From: Vulcanimicrobiota bacterium
GTDB lineage: Bacteria > Vulcanimicrobiota > Vulcanimicrobiia > Vulcanimicrobiales > Vulcanimicrobiaceae
Direction: 5' to 3'
Assembly (NCBI GenBank): GCA_963695225.1
Contig: OY968762.1
Coordinates: forward strand, 96,001 to 160,000
Length of the DNA: 64,000 nt
The translations under genes were made by a program, and so were the position numbers. Below are positions 62,623 to 64,000 of the stretch, piece after piece; position 1 is the stretch's first letter, and each line of letters starts with the position of its first letter. The notes beneath the pieces were generated by a model. That model had not been told where the DNA came from, did no database searches, and was given only the letters and a program-made list of their open reading frames with translations.

Positions 62623-64000
62623 CGCGATTTCGCGCGAAGCTACGAAGGAAGACGAGGCGCGAGCGGCGGCGCCTTCTTCATTTCTCGTCCTCGGCGGGCT
62701 GCTCGCTCTAGCCTTCCTCGTGCGGATCGTCCTGATCGGCGCCGACGGGTTCCGCAACGACGTCTCTTCGTTCGAAGGTTGGACGCTCACGCTCGTCGAG
62801 CACCCGCTTCGCGAGTTCTACAAGTCGACGGGCTTCGCGGATTATCCGCCGGGCTATTTCTTCGTTCTCTGGATCGTCGGGCAATTCTACAAGCTTTTCG
62901 TCCACGCGGATCCGGGGTTCGGCGCGCTCAAGATCGCCGTGAAGCTTCCGGCGATCCTGATGGACCTCGTCGACTCGCTCTTGATCTTCGCGATCGTGCG
63001 GCGCTTCGCGAGCCGGGCGTGGGCCTACGGCGCGGCGGCCTTGTTCGCGCTCAATCCCGCGACGATCTTCATCTCGGCGTACTGGGGCCAAGTCGATTCG
63101 GTTGCCGCCGGCGTCGTCCTCGCGGCGCTGCTGCTCGCAGTCTGGAGCGACGGCGCAAAAGGCCGCGCCGCAACCTTCGGGCTGGCCGGCGCGTGCGTGC
63201 TGCTGGCGTACTCGATCCTGATCAAACCGCCGGCGAGCGTGTTGATCCCGCTCTTCCTGATCCACGCGTTCACCGGCGATCCCGAAGCGAGGCGGCGCCG
63301 CCTCACGGGGACGGCGCTCGGCGCCTTAGCGGGTTTCGCGCTGGCGTATCTCTCCGCGATAGCGTTCCAGCCGGCGCTCGACCCGGTCGGGGCCTTCGGT
63401 TGGCTGATCCAGCGCTATCAATTCGGCAGCGGCGTCTACGCCTACAACTCCGTGAACGCGTTCAATCTCTACACGATCCGCTCGAACTTCTGGGAATCCG
63501 ACGCGGGCTTGTGGCCGGTCGTTACGTTCGGTTTCCCGCAGTGGGCCTGGGGCATCGTGCTCGTGGTCGCGGCGAGCTCCCTCGTATTGTATGCGTACGC
63601 GCGGAAGAAGACGCCGGAAGCCTTCCTGGAAGCGGCTTGCCTGCTCTCGATCGCGTTCTTCGTCCTTTCGACGCGCATGCACGAGCGGTACATCTTCAAC
63701 GGGCTCGTGCTGGCGATGCCGCTGATCGCTTTCGGGCGGCGCTATCGGTATGCGAGCGGGGTGCTGAGCGTCACGCTGTTCCTGAACCTGTTGTATTCGC
63801 TGGAGTACCTGCGCGTGATGGACCAGCACATCACCGGCGTCGACGCTTCGAACATGTGGCCGCTCGCGACGCGGCTCTGTTCCCTGCTCAACGTCGCGAC
63901 GTTCTTTTATCTTGGATACGTCTACACGGGCGCCGGACCCGACGTGCTCGAGCGCTTCGATCCGCGCGCGTGGTTCCGCGGCCGCGCCGAAAGCGGGGCT
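62612..64000 (+). CDS. GT-C fold membrane glycosyltransferase (mannosyltransferase-like), 3' end runs off the window
   Basis: Manual translation: multi-TM, DYPPGY, KLPAILMD, NPA..SAYWGQVDS, NAFNLY, RMHERY; GTG start after GGAGG. Confidence 0.8.
   Translation, partial: MLRSAISREATKEDEARAAAPSSFLVLGGLLALAFLVRIVLIGADGFRNDVSSFEGWTLTLVEHPLREFYKSTGFADYPPGYFFVLWIVGQFYKLFVHADPGFGALKIAVKLPAILMDLVDSLLIFAIVRRFASRAWAYGAAALFALNPATIFISAYWGQVDSVAAGVVLAALLLAVWSDGAKGRAATFGLAGACVLLAYSILIKPPASVLIPLFLIHAFTGDPEARRRRLTGTALGALAGFALAYLSAIAFQPALDPVGAFGWLIQRYQFGSGVYAYNSVNAFNLYTIRSNFWESDAGLWPVVTFGFPQWAWGIVLVVAASSLVLYAYARKKTPEAFLEAACLLSIAFFVLSTRMHERYIFNGLVLAMPLIAFGRRYRYASGVLSVTLFLNLLYSLEYLRVMDQHITGVDASNMWPLATRLCSLLNVATFFYLGYVYTGAGPDVLERFDPRAWFRGRAESGA

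Overview
A very GC-rich, gene-dense bacterial chromosomal window. The gene mix (ClpC, TolC, Tat/Sec lipoprotein-like binders, Pro/Thr-rich secreted proteins, cmk-plsC-ispH) suggests a diderm Terrabacteria-type organism such as Eremiobacterota/Vulcanimicrobiota; this is inference only. Contents in order: a DUF59 Fe-S assembly gene, a first LivHMGF-type ABC transporter whose likely binding protein lies about 11 kb away, an RHH-like gene, clpC, a SWIM-SNF2 helicase, an acyl-CoA synthetase, an MFS pump with an unusual TetR, a WYL regulator, a second complete Liv ABC transporter, a class A beta-lactamase-like gene, a STAS-fusion/TetR/EmrA/EmrB/TolC operon, a pentose phosphate cluster (tkt, tal-pgi, gnd, zwf, pgl), marC, dapD plus aminotransferase, a C-P lyase operon (phnDCEFGHIJKLM), an aldehyde dehydrogenase, a formimidoyltransferase, radA, cmk-plsC-ispH-polyprenyl synthase and a GT-C glycosyltransferase running off the end. 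Two signals stand out. (1) A dispersed ~140-150 nt multi-stem repeat (29507-29647, 56091-56241, partial copy at 29720-29770) shows compensatory base changes and GGA-containing loops when read on the minus strand. (2) The phosphonate operon lacks phnN/phnP and instead ends in a PhnZ-like HD protein and a PhnO-like GNAT fused to an IMPase/FBPase domain. No CRISPR array, rRNA, tRNA or transposase was seen. All family calls are from motif recognition, not database searches.
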